From positions 4,340,001 to 4,404,000 of the forward strand of contig OZ361257.1 of assembly GCA_977018835.1 (NCBI GenBank): a DNA stretch of 64,000 nucleotides. Direction: 5' to 3'. The position numbers and the translations under genes were made by a program. Below are positions 1-11,612 of this stretch, piece after piece. Numbering within the stretch: position 1 is the first letter of the stretch; every line of letters begins with the position of its first letter. Source of the DNA: Minutocellus sp. GHC0000111 (taxonomy: Eukaryota). A model generated the notes under the pieces. That model worked only from the letters and a program-made list of their open reading frames with translations, was not told the DNA's origin and did no database searches.

Positions 1-1953
1 GATTGGGCGACTGTGGCTCTCTTGGTGTCACTTCTTATCTGCGGCCCTTTTTCGCGCGCACTCAAACACAGAGGTTGATTGTTTTGAATTATATTTTCTC
101 ATACAACAACAGTCCAATGAAGCTGAAACTTTCGCATGAGTAGCGCAGTGGTGTCGGCCAGCCTCGAGAATGCCCATGTCTTACCTTGCAAATGTGTAGC
201 GCGGTCAGGAGCGGGGGTCACCATGGTGAGCTTCGTTCGGGAGAAAAAATGGATGAACGACGGTCTTTCCGTCGTCCGTCTAGGGCCCGACAACGCGAGC
301 GAAGTTAGCAAAATCTCCAATGTCCTGAAGTGCCTCACCTAAAATGGGGGACCAACTCACCGCTGGTGCCGTGTGTGTCGGTTGTCAGCGCGCCCGTCCC
401 CACCAACTGGACCGGCTGCCGTGCCACTTACGCCGTGGAAGCGAAAAACTGGAGTGCCCGATCAGCCGACCACGAGCGTGCTGCAAGAACCGGCAAACAC
501 GACTCTTAATCTGATGTGACCGACACACACGGCACCAGCGGTAGATGGCTCTCCGCTTGCTTCCTCCGCCAGTGCTGTTGTTGGCAGCCGCCTGGACAGG
601 ACGAGATTTAGACGACGGGCGTTTTGCGGAAGCGGCAGCAGGGGCAGCAGCAGCAGGGTCAACGCCGGCGGATCAGTTTGTGGCGTCGTGTTTGCCAGCT
701 GCTGCTCCAGAGCCGCAACAGCAGCAGCTTCGGCACTCGCAGGTGCCCAATCCGCTGATCGTGGAAAGAGGCACGCATGCCGTGGAAGAGAAAAGAAGGT
801 TGAGCACCACGATTGGACGAGGGGAACCATTCATGCACATGCAAATGCCTACAAGTGCCACCTCACCCATTGCATTGCTGCCCTTTCTCTGAGCTCGATT
901 GAATTCTGCCATGACTCCGGAGGCGAAACACTTGAGTTTGCCCATGGTGGTGGTGCTCTTGCTGTGATGCTCAGGATCGTGTGGAAATTGAACCGGGGGT
1001 GACGGGCTTCCCAGTCTTCAAGGTTCCACATGCCGGGTGAGGGATTGATGCCGCCCACTTGACCTGTGCAGCCAAGGCAGAAGACATGTTCCGGATTTTG
1101 TCGGCAAGAGGTCCATCAAGCGGTGCGGGCACGCCTTTCAGCTTGGTTCGTGTCTTTTTGGTGTGGGACTGGGTGTGCTCGTCGAAGGAGAAGGAGCATC
1201 GCCACTGTCGCCCTTGCGTGTTTTCCGCTCTGCCTCGAGTCAGTCGTCGTTGCGCCGATGGACGCAAAGGCCAGTCCGGCAACGACGGAGACGAGGGCAG
1301 CGGCAGTGCCAAGAGTCGTCACGATGAGGAAGAGTTGACGTCGTCGTCAAAGGTGAGAAAATGAGTTGAGGAGAGCGGAAAGGAGAGCGCACCCAACGCA
1401 TTTAGCGTGTTGCGGACCCACCAAAAAGCAAAAATTTGGATCAAGATGGAGAGCTGCCATCGGTCCTTCTCTAGCCGTTGCATCATTCAAAGATTTTTGA
1501 GAGAAGCACTTTGAGAAAATGAGGCCCGGCTGGTTTCGGTTTGCGGGACGGCTTTTTGCTCGCCAAGACACATCAAGGTAAAAGAATTTGTGCTGACGGT
1601 AGTTTCTATGTTACCGCAAGGTAGTTTTTCCAATAAATATTACCGTGTCTCAGGCCCGTTTCATCTTGAAGTTTACCTCAAGGTAATTTTTTCAACTGAT
1701 ATTTTTACCTCGGTAAAATGGAAACGTTTCGGCGACGTGATGCCGCATTATTTCTGCTTTACCCCTGTCTCCGGCGGCAACAGCAGGCGGAAGGCGGAAG
1801 AATACGAAGCATGATCAGCCATGTCGCCATGTCGCCTACACGTACTGACTGTACATAACATGTACGCCGTCCACGTAGTGTGTAGCGTGCAGCGCCAAAT
1901 AATACTGGAAATCATCATACCACACCACACCACGCCATACCATACCATAACCG

Positions 1954-2925
1954 ATGCAGGTCTGCTCCAACGGATGTCACCTGTCCAACGGCAAGCCCCG
2001 GACGGCATCCCGCACGTCGGCCATTGACGGCCGCAAACGTTTGTGTCGCCAGTGCGCCGCGGAGGAAGACGCGCTGGACGACCGAACAATGCGACAGCGG
2101 AGGAGGGAGGCGGCAATGACTGCGGCTGCAGGGGCAGAAACAGTAGAGGAAGTAGAGGGGGGAACTGTGACAGCGGCATCTCCTGCCGCAATGGGTGAGA
2201 AGAATGCGAAGATCTCTCATGCTCGCAGCAAGAAGAAACGCAAGTCCGACCACCACGGCAGCATGTGCAAGGATGACGAGAGCACCAGAAGACGACATTT
2301 CGGGTCGCAGATTGACATGTCGCTGCTTACCTATCCGGGATTCTTTTGGGTCGATCGCATCCCTCCCCAGGCCGGGGCTCAGATGAATGCTAATGCACGC
2401 AGCAGCAGCGATAATACTAGTGTTGGGGGTACTAACAATTGCTCATTGGATAGGAATGTCGGGAAGGAATGCCTCGAATCATCGGTGGAGTGCGCATCTA
2501 TTGAAATTTTATCCAAGAAAGCCAAATCCAGCCCAAGCCCCGCAGGGAACAAAAGTCCCACAAGAAGGATAAGTCCCAAGAGGGCGGCGAAGCAGGAGAA
2601 CAGTAGCATCAGCGCCTCAAAGGATGCAACGAACGCGGAAGCTGAACGGACCTTGATAGGTCGATCGCAAAGGACGAGGGAATCGGTCGAAAGCAAGACT
2701 GCCTCACCGGCGCCTCGAATAATCCCAACTGTCAAATATGGGCGTTGGAAGGATGACGAACTAAAACGCCTTGCCGAGGGCATACGAACCCATAGGTACC
2801 AATGGAAGAAGGTGGCGGCATACGTTCGGACCAGGACACCGAATCAATGCAAGGTGAAGAATGAAGAGCTGATTGCTGCCCAAATTGATTCGTGGCCAAA
2901 GAAGCTTTGCCGTACCGGGTGCTGA
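1954..2925 (+). CDS. Myb/SANT-domain protein (single C-terminal repeat); start may be ATG 2089
   Basis: Low-complexity N-terminus, then KYGRWKDDELKRLAEGIRTHRYQWKKVAAYVRTRTPNQCK, matching Myb/SANT W-x-W spacing and the RT..QC motif. Confidence 0.8.
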   Translation: MQVCSNGCHLSNGKPRTASRTSAIDGRKRLCRQCAAEEDALDDRTMRQRRREAAMTAAAGAETVEEVEGGTVTAASPAAMGEKNAKISHARSKKKRKSDHHGSMCKDDESTRRRHFGSQIDMSLLTYPGFFWVDRIPPQAGAQMNANARSSSDNTSVGGTNNCSLDRNVGKECLESSVECASIEILSKKAKSSPSPAGNKSPTRRISPKRAAKQENSSISASKDATNAEAERTLIGRSQRTRESVESKTASPAPRIIPTVKYGRWKDDELKRLAEGIRTHRYQWKKVAAYVRTRTPNQCKVKNEELIAAQIDSWPKKLCRTGC

Positions 2926-3777
2926 TGTTTCCGTTCGTTTTGAGCGTCTGTTTGGTGCCATAGTGTGAGTTCAATTCGTATGATTGCGCCTTTGGTAATG
3001 ACACGATGTTCATATCGTGTCATTTTACCATATCCATATCGTATCATATGAAAACATTGAGCGACTCAATATACATGCATGTCAATCTACTGTTGTTTTA
3101 TTTCTACCTCGCTCTTGAAAAAGAGGAAGGCAAGCAGTGGGCAATTCTCTCATCTCGTCTCTACTGTATCCTGCCTCAGAAGCTCACCTCGTCTGATGTG
3201 CTTTTCAACCAGTCGATCTTCAATACGGACAACGCGCTGGTGCTCCGTGTATAGAGGAAAAGACAAGTCTACATGTATGGACTATTCTCTTAGATCTAGA
3301 TCTATTGAGGCCAAGATGAAAGATCTATCTGCCCATAGATCTGCCATCGATACTGATTTTAGCTTTATTCCTAACTCATAAGACATATATTCCATGGCTT
3401 AGATCTATCTACCGGTACTTGTACCGGTAGATCTAGACTAGATCTATCTATCTTCTTTTTGGTTTTTGCCGGACGAGCTATGATATCGAAAAGAAACACG
3501 ACACGTCATAAAGAACGCATTTTTTCATGCAGGCGAAGTTTAGCGAAAAAGGCACTTACTTCGCGTATCTGCCGGTTGAGCACATCATGTGCCAAGACCT
3601 TCAAACTACATCAGTGGAACCCTCTTAGGGTGGTGTATCCATTGGTGTGTCAACGGGTGCGTCTGTGTTATTTTACACCTAGATCTAGCACATCACAGTG
3701 AGTTTTATTGGTTCCAGCGTACAGGTAGGAATTCCTACACTGCGTACCGTTTGCCTCTCACACATACTAGGCCTAGT

Positions 3778-5871
3778 GGTCAGACGTTCGAACATGAAAC
3801 ATGAAAATTTCATGCTGACACAATACTAATTCCTACGTAGATTCTACGAGCATGAAATTTAGCATGAATTTTTTTTCATCTCTCTCACATCATGTGTTTA
3901 TCCCATCGGCAAGCACCCTCTTGAGCGTATCTACGGCAAGAGGATCGAGGAACATGTCTGCTTTGCCTATTTTTTTGGTTCCGTGCGTTTTGAAGTGGCT
4001 GGCGAGAGCGTCGACTGCCTGGAACAGAAGGGCAAGTTCGATGCGTCCAGCGGAAAGAAAACCGGAACGAAGCAGCACTTGCGGCTCCTCAGAAGCCAAG
4101 AGTTGGAATGCATCAGCGGCCCACCAGGGACCACTTGGCGAGTTGTGGACGATTGATCTTGCACAATAATCGTCGGGAGAATAACGCGATGGAATCGATG
4201 GCCTCCACCGAGTAATGGCCGCCACCAGACCCAACATGCGGATGGAGGAACACCGATAGCGAGGGCAATGCCGGAAGCAGCACCGGCACTATCGATACCG
4301 ACGGCGATTCGTGGTTTTGGCGTTGGGGCGCACGTTGTTGTCTAGGGGGCGGCACTCGACAACTCCGCACTCGACAACTCCGAGTCACCGTGGTGCGGAA
4401 GCACTTGTGCTAGCGCAGATGAAGTTGTAAATATTGAGTGCATGTACAGGCCGTTGACGAGCTGAGGAGGAGGAAGAGACCGGAGGAGTAGCCGAGCATT
4501 CTTCGATGGAATTGGCGGAACACAAAAACATGCGGGGATGCCACTATCTTGTGCAATATTTAGCGGTGTGTATTTGCTTTCGAAGAGTTGGCGGTGTTAT
4601 CAAAAGGACTATCATCTTGAAATAGTTCTTGTTGTAATTTTATGTGTAGGTGTATTATGTACTAGTAGCTAGTATTGCGTAGCCCACTCTTTTGCTGACT
4701 TGTAATAAGTATAGTATATATATATATATATATGCATATATAAATTTAAAACCTTGTAAGCACCATCCATGTTACAGTCTCCTCTTTTTGGTTGACGGAT
4801 AGTGTCCACACAATTTGCGACCCGGATGGCACCGTGCAATTGGATCGCTTCCATTTAGGTGCTCCTCGATGCAGGTCATTTCCCTACCATTACTATCCGA
4901 GCGACGATCAATGCGACTGATAGGAGTTCGGCATTCTTTGAAACAAAAGACAGTTCGATGGTACCGATTGGCTCCATGCGAGCTCGTAGCACATTTCTTG
5001 CAAAACTAGCAGCTGTCGTTCAGCGGAACTTTCTGCTTGCCCGTCCTTTTCTCGGTCGTCAGTGGCTTCCCTGTAGTGAATGCCGTCATCGGTAGTCTAA
5101 GCCCATCTTGGTTTATTTGGTTGAATTACATGGGGACATCTGAAGGGCGCGATTTGGGACGGGAGCGGGGTTTTGGCGGTCGTCCTTTCTTCCAGCTCGT
5201 TTTGTCTCATCGTCATCACCCTCGGCCGAAGTGGCCGCAGCGGCCGCATCGTCGGCGGCGGAAACATCGGCGGGCCGATGAACAAGGTTGCTGCGCCGAC
5301 GTGGCTTGCCCGTTGACTTTGGCAACCGGACTGACATCCTCTTGGGCTGGTGATTGCTGACGGCGGTACTTATCGGACGTTGCACCGGTTGGAGTGGCGG
5401 CGGCAGCGGGTGAGGGAGTAACGGTGGGATGCGGCCGACGCTGGTGCTGATGAAGACGCTGCAGCGGCGGCGGCGCGAGTTCGGCCGAGCGCCGCAGGAG
5501 AGTCCTCCATGGCACATGCAAGATGCTTCTCTTACATGCTCATTGTTGCTTGGAAAAAAGCGAGGGGTGCGCATGGCCGGCGGCATTGGGACGGTCGGCT
5601 CATCCTCAATTTTTGAGGAGGAAAAAAATGACGAAACGACGAAACGGCCAAAAATTGGGTTGACTTGGACGATGAAAACCGGAGCTTCGGATACCTTTCG
5701 GGCATCTTTCTTGCTACTAACTACTACCGAATGAAAGATAGAGAGACTACAAACACTCTGTTCATTCGAATTTACGCTGTGCGATGCATGATATTGATCT
5801 GGGTAACGGTGACTTTCAGCATGAAATTTTGCATGAAATTTCCGGGTTTTTTCATGTTCGAACGTCTGACC
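3778..5871. mobile_element. Non-autonomous TIR DNA transposon (~2.1 kb), possibly PHIS/Harbinger-like
   Basis: Perfect 22-bp inverted repeats GGTCAGACGTTCGAACATGAAA (3778-3799) and TTTCATGTTCGAACGTCTGACC (5850-5871). Subterminal GCATGAAATTT-like repeats at both ends. Flanks AGT/AAT. No intact transposase inside. Confidence 0.75.
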
Positions 5872-5985
5872 AATAGGAAATCCTACTACATTCTCAATCC
5901 ACGAACTCCTCTGGATATGTCGTGTTCCCTCTGCGATCTGGGCTCTCCTTCGACAGAGAGTACTCCTCGTTCTCGCTAGCTAGAA

Positions 5986-7385
5986 ATGGCGGAACCAGTG
6001 GGTATGACTGCGGGGCAGGTAGGCCTAGATACGGCAACCGGCAGCGGTTCTACTGGCGCTGTGCCGAGCATCGTCCTCCTAACCCCACCGATGCAGCATT
6101 ACGGGTACTACGACACCGTCCGTTCCGAGCTGTTCGACTTTTATGCCACCTTTCATGCTGCCGCCGCCTCCGTCGGGCAGCGGGCCATCCTGGTGGCCAA
6201 CCCCAGCCCGCGGGTGAACATCGACGACGGGTCGTGGCACGAGCTGCGGAAGCGCGGCGTGCCCGAAACCGATCTGCTGAGGGGGTTGCTCGACGACATA
6301 TGGGTGCGGGATTACTTCCCCACCCAGCTCCGGGCCGACTACGTGGCCAAATTTGCCTTTGGGCCGGCCTACCTCGATCGTGGGGACGTGTCGTACATCG
6401 CGGCGTCGACCGATCGGATGGTGGAGAGATGGGACATCCCTGGTTTGGTCCGGCACGACGACCTGGTTTTGGACGGTGGAGGCATCGTGTTCGATCCCAC
6501 GTCGAGTTTGGCCATCGTCACCGAACGCGTTCTGAGGGACAACCCCCGTCTGGCGGGACGACCTGGCGACGGACTTGGACCGGCGGCCGAATGCTGTCCC
6601 GCCGACCCGTACGGGCTGCTGTCCGGAGTTGATCCATACGGCAACTTCACCGCGGACGAGCTGCGTTCGGGCAGCCAAAGACTCGCGCAGGAGCTGGGCT
6701 TGCGCAAGGTGGCCATCGTCCCGGAAGAGCCCGTCGTGCCGCGTCTGGGCCACGTAGATGGGATTGCCAACTTCCTCGCACCCGACGTTGTTGCTTTGTC
6801 GGCCTTTGACGATGATACTGTCTACGCCCTGTACGAGCAGACCATCTTGGATGCCTTTGCGGGCATTGCCACCAACGTCACGGTCGTGCCCTTCCCCTAC
6901 GCACCAACGACCGATGCTTGGGAGGTCGACGGTTTCGAATCCGCCAAGGGCGTTTATGTCAACTTCCTCCGTACCAAATCTGCCACGTATGTTCCCACCT
7001 TTGGCCTCCTGGAAGACGACGAGGCGTTGCAAACTGCCAACGCGTACGGCGATGTACCCGCCGTGGCCGTGGATGCCGAGGCTGTGTCGGTCATGGGGGG
7101 GGCAGCGTCCGATGTCTATCGCAGCATCTGTGGGATGCGCCGGCCGATGAGTTCCTATCGAGAGCCTTGGCCAGCACCACCGAACCAGCCCCATCGTCGT
7201 CGGCTTCTTCGTATAGGCCTTCTTTTGGGAATCAGGGCATAGTTGCTCTTGGGATAGTAATTCTATTTTTCATAAAGTGTATAACTGTTTTGATAGATTA
7301 CTATGTAATTTTGTTTGATCACGCCTTTTGCTCTAATCCAAAAGCTACTACTCAATCTGTGCATTCCCTCCTCGTGGAAAGTTAG
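5986..7385 (+). CDS. Agmatine deiminase / peptidylarginine deiminase (PAD_porph) family protein; frameshift in G-run 7095-7102; C-terminal hydrophobic tail
   Basis: Motifs DIWVRD, LDGGG, GHVDG, YVNFL. The catalytic Cys motif GGGSVRCLSQ lies in the neighbouring frame immediately after the G8 run. Confidence 0.8.
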
Positions 7386-7442
7386 TTGTGGGTTCCCTGC
7401 GCTTATCTTGAAGACGTGATAATAAAAACATTTCCTTTTTGC

Positions 7443-7877
7443 CTAAGCACCACGGGCAGCCCTGGAAATAGCGTCAGTACTGGAAGGATCAGCCCTCGAT
7501 GTTGTGTCGCCTGGAGTGGCTGGAGTGAATGAACCGGTACGACCTGACGGAAAGGAAAAGACCCTTCGTGTAGGACGGAATCTTGAGGACTGTCTTTCGC
7601 CGCTGGCTTCGGTGTCTACAATGACGTCACGCCTCTCAAGCTGACCTCGCCGGATGTGCTTATTGATTAGTCGGCTGTCAATGCGGGACAAGGTGCGTGC
7701 TATTGTGACCTGAAGGGCCATGGCATCGTCTTCGGCTTCCTGTCCTTGCCCCGTTTCATTGAGCTCATCGAGCAATTCGGTAACGAAAGAGAGGGACGAA
7801 ACTTCGAAGGATATCCCACCTCTTCTGGCGGGAGAGGCGACATCGTTCAAAAGCCCGGAGAAGGAAGATGTTTGCAT
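7443..7877 (-). CDS. Hypothetical protein
   Basis: 144-aa ORF with ATG and AT-rich flanks; no recognisable domain. Confidence 0.4.
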   Translation of the reverse strand: MQTSSFSGLLNDVASPARRGGISFEVSSLSFVTELLDELNETGQGQEAEDDAMALQVTIARTLSRIDSRLINKHIRRGQLERRDVIVDTEASGERQSSRFRPTRRVFSFPSGRTGSFTPATPGDTTSRADPSSTDAISRAARGA

Positions 7878-8431
7878 TTTGAGAGCGATGATTCGGAGGA
7901 TGAAAGGATTGGAGGATAGATGAAGATGACTGTTTAGTTCTCTCTATTTGATTTTGATTCGATCGAAATGAAAGAAATGCAAGGGAAAGATGGGAAGTAG
8001 GTGATCTACAGATAGGCTTGTTTCTTGTTTATTGTGTGGCGTAAAAGGGAGGCTCAAGCTACATCTACGAATTACGGCGTTGGAAACATCATCTGCCCCT
8101 CTAATGAGCTGGACTGTTGGTATCGAAGCCTTGGTGTAAGCGGGCCTTTAAATTATAGGCTCACTTTCATATTGGCAGACTGTCAAATATAACTGGCAAT
8201 TCTGACAAAACCCTAATGAAGTAACGGGCCTGCTTTTGCTCTTTGTACCAAATAAATGAGAGCAGTAACGAAAATGACATCACTCCAGATGAGCACTCTA
8301 GGCCTACTTTCAATTTACCGTTTCAAAACGGGAAACGCGCCACGCCATTCTTTTTCCATTACCTGCTGATGACACATTGACTAATGGGCTCTGCAACTGC
8401 AAATTTACACGTCGGTCAAGCATCCTCTTTC

Positions 8432-9348
8432 CTACGAATTCGCTTTCTGATAACGAGTCTCCATCACCCGATTCAGCTCTTCCAGGGCCTGGCATGCCTC
8501 CATGGCAGTTTCAACCAAGCACTCGTCTTCCAAACTGATACCCGTGGCACTGTCTGCGCCTGCCGTCGCAATCTCTTCTACGATATCCCAAGCGACAGCC
8601 GCCTCCTTGGACGTGGCACCCTTCTCCTCCGATATCTTCTTAGCGTCGGCCAATGCCTTTCGGAGCTGAGGAGAATCTTTACCCGAAGCCGACTTGGGAT
8701 CGATCATCTTGATCTGCTCAATTTCGGACACAAGGAGAGATCGCATCGACTCCAGCTTGGGCTGATTCTCACGCAAAAGCTCCGACAATCCCTTGAGACG
8801 CTGTTCGTATTCCTTGCAGGCCTGCTCGTCGTCGGTGGCACATTCGTAATCCAGAGATCCCTTGGTAGCGACGCTGTGGAATATATGACATGAGTCGTTA
8901 TCAGATTCGAAAATGGTTTATAAATGGGCATGAGATACTCGGTGTGGTTTGCTTCGGAGTAAACAACCGGCATGCAAATGAATTGAGAATCTTCCAGAGT
9001 TCGGGGTTTTTGTTCTTTCCTACATTTCTCTTGTAATTGTAGAACAAAATATGAAGTCATTTCTTCTCTAAACGAACACGTACATCAGCGTCAGAAAAAG
9101 GCTCACCTGTTGTCACTCGCGTCCATCTCCTCCACTGCCTCCCACGCCACCCGTGCCTCCTTCGACGTCGGTCCAAACTTCTTACTGGCCGCCATGGCCT
9201 CCTGGATGGCCTCGGTCGTGTCGACTCGTGCGTTGTGCAATCCCTCGACGACGCCGGGAGGGGTGAGCTTGCTGGGATTGCCGTTGATAAAGGCCGAGGC
9301 GCCGGTAGAGCACGCGAGGGCGGCGAAGAGAGGGTTGGAGAGCTTCAT
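8432..9348 (-). CDS. CP12: Plastid-targeted CP12-domain protein with two CP12-like repeats; exons 9348-9107 and 8873-8432
   Basis: Signal peptide + GASA-F leader. Motifs ARVAWEAVEEM and AAVAWDIVEEI, each followed by a C-x7-8-C pair. GTGAGC...CACAG intron 9106-8874 restores the frame. Confidence 0.85.
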
Positions 9349-9670
9349 CTTGTTGGTCAGTCAGTGATGGAAATTGGATTCGATTGGGGGCATAAGATCT
9401 TCTCGGAGAAGAATGAAATCAGAAATCGCAGAGCGAAATCTTATGGCGGCCGGGTTCCGGTTCAGGTTTTGAGATGCGACAGAGGTCGACGTGCAAATCA
9501 GATGTCAGACGGCAAGAAAGATCGCGGGCGAGCCGATGCATCTTTGCGGGCCGAAAGATCGCATATTATTTCCGCGCCCCCCGAACCATTCATCAATCAA
9601 TCTAACGCCATAACTGACGGGCAATTCCTTACTTAAAAGAGGAGAAACAATAATCAATCAACCCAACGCC

Positions 9671-10396
9671 ATGGCCGACCCCAACGTAACCGCCTCCATC
9701 CGCGCGGCAGCCGCTCGTCGTTTGGAGGATGAAATCGGCTCAAGTCTCGCCGCCGATGATGCAGAGGCGGGCACCGCAAGTCATCGGGAGCCCTTCTCGT
9801 CCATCAAGCTGGATCCCGAAAGATCCATGAGCATAAGTAGACTCGGTGCCAGCGTCAAGGCCAGTGTGGCGGGTGCCAAAACGACTTCAAGTGCGAAAGC
9901 AGACGACGAGGCCGAATATCTCGGCCGGACAAGCTCGGAATGGTACCATCTCATCTTTGAGACCATCCTCGCCATCGTCTTGATCGTCATCGCATTTGCT
10001 ACGTGGTTTGACTGCAGTGTCATTCCCAGTCTCAACGCTAACGTGGCGCTTGCCGGAATCTTTGACCTGCTCCTTGCCACCGCGGCCTTTGCCTGGCGCG
10101 TCGAACGTCTCAGAGAGAACGGAGATGGCAAGGCAAACGATGGACATCTCGCCAGTCCAGCTTTGGTTGTGCACGACTTTTTGAGCGTGGTGGTGGTAGC
10201 TGTGGCGATATGGGGGGCAGTTCTAACGTTTGGCAATTGGCCCATGATGGGGATGGAGGGCGAGGGGCAGTGCAACTCGGCGCTGTACATATCGGCATTT
10301 GTGAGCAGTGTCATTACGCTGGCATTTGCCTTGTATTACATTGGTGAAGAGTGCTGGGAGAAGACAGTTGGTGACGATGACGAGGATGAAGAATAG
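9671..10396 (+). CDS. Hypothetical 4-TM membrane protein
   Basis: 241-aa ORF with four hydrophobic segments and an acidic tail. Confidence 0.7.
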   Translation: MADPNVTASIRAAAARRLEDEIGSSLAADDAEAGTASHREPFSSIKLDPERSMSISRLGASVKASVAGAKTTSSAKADDEAEYLGRTSSEWYHLIFETILAIVLIVIAFATWFDCSVIPSLNANVALAGIFDLLLATAAFAWRVERLRENGDGKANDGHLASPALVVHDFLSVVVVAVAIWGAVLTFGNWPMMGMEGEGQCNSALYISAFVSSVITLAFALYYIGEECWEKTVGDDDEDEE

Positions 10397-10439
10397 CAGG
10401 AACACTACATGAAATTGGTACAATAAGATTAAGTTAAGA

Positions 10440-11612
10440 TCATCTAAAACGCTCAACAACGACATTCACGGCATCCTCAAAAGCGTTGGCTCCAGGACCA
10501 CCACTCGCCAAGCCAGGCAGAGCGCCACCGACATGATTTGTATTGTATTCGTCCAACCGCAGCAGTTTGCCTTGCTCTTTCAAGCGATTGGCATAGCGTT
10601 CGCCTTCATCTCGCAACACATCCTTGGTGTTGATTTGAATGTATGTCGGGGGGAGACGTCCGACAATATCTTCGTCGGGTGGATCGACCAGCAGGTTGAC
10701 TCGATGATGATGCGCAAGTGTTCCGTCAACGTCTTCAAGATACAAGGACCACGCCCATAGATTCAGCGGACCATTCCACATCGGCGCATACCAGTGTTGA
10801 AACATGGACCGAGTACCACCACCGTGCGGTTGGACCATGGGAACCAGCGACACTTCCAAGGAAAGATTGTGGCCTGCGGCTGTCAGCTCTCGTGCTACGT
10901 GAGCTGAGAGATACCCACCTGCGCTGATTCCAAAGGTTGCGACTTTGTTTGTATCAATACCGCCGATGCTCAGAGCCTTGACAATGTCGTTTCTCCTACC
11001 CCCATCGACCAATATAGCCAGGGTCGTTTCAACACAGTCATCCAGTCCAGCCGGGTAGGGATGCTCGGGAGCCAATCGATATTCGAACGAGCAAACAACC
11101 GCCTCGGACTTTTGGGCCAAGTATCTGGCCTTGTGCAGTTCGGCATTGACGGATCCGACAATTAGCCCTCCCGAGTGAAAGATAAAGATGAGCGGCAGCA
11201 CATCATTATCCTTGGCATCATGCGGACATGCACAGACAACCTCAATCGATTGGTGGCTCGAGGACAATCCCTTCATCTGCAGCGTGGCTACTCGCGTTGC
11301 ATTTGGTCCATACGATGCATCCACAATGTCATCTCCCATGGCAAACCGAAGGGAATATTCATTTGCAACTAGCATCTCCATCTGATTGCGCATTCGTTGA
11401 ATCTTGGTCATTTGCAGTTTGGAGGAACAACGAGAGTTCGAATGGGATGACTTCATGACCAAGGCCATCAAGCCTGGAGAGGACGATGACGACGATGATG
11501 ATGAAGACGACGACGACGATGATGAGGATGACGAAGAGGAAGAGGAAGGAGTTGACGAGGATGGGGATGGCATCGAAGACAAAGACAATGAAGTTGATGA
11601 AGAAGCCACCAC
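10440..11612 (-). CDS. Alpha/beta hydrolase, HSL/abhydrolase_3 esterase-lipase family (start uncertain, 11340-11612)
   Basis: FHSGG oxyanion motif, YRLAPEHPYPAGLDD, GISAGG nucleophile elbow, DVLRDEG and a downstream His. Confidence 0.85.
   Translation of the reverse strand: MVASSSTSLSLSSMPSPSSSTPSSSSSSSSSSSSSSSSSSSSSSSPGLMALVMKSSHSNSRCSSKLQMTKIQRMRNQMEMLVANEYSLRFAMGDDIVDASYGPNATRVATLQMKGLSSSHQSIEVVCACPHDAKDNDVLPLIFIFHSGGLIVGSVNAELHKARYLAQKSEAVVCSFEYRLAPEHPYPAGLDDCVETTLAILVDGGRRNDIVKALSIGGIDTNKVATFGISAGGYLSAHVARELTAAGHNLSLEVSLVPMVQPHGGGTRSMFQHWYAPMWNGPLNLWAWSLYLEDVDGTLAHHHRVNLLVDPPDEDIVGRLPPTYIQINTKDVLRDEGERYANRLKEQGKLLRLDEYNTNHVGGALPGLASGGPGANAFEDAVNVVVERFR

Noticed and set aside
1..1400. 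Short GC-rich ORFs on both strands
   Set aside because: No recognisable domain or consistent reading frame; left uncalled.
6079..7194. 371-aa antisense ORF over the deiminase
   Set aside because: Antisense shadow; no independent evidence.
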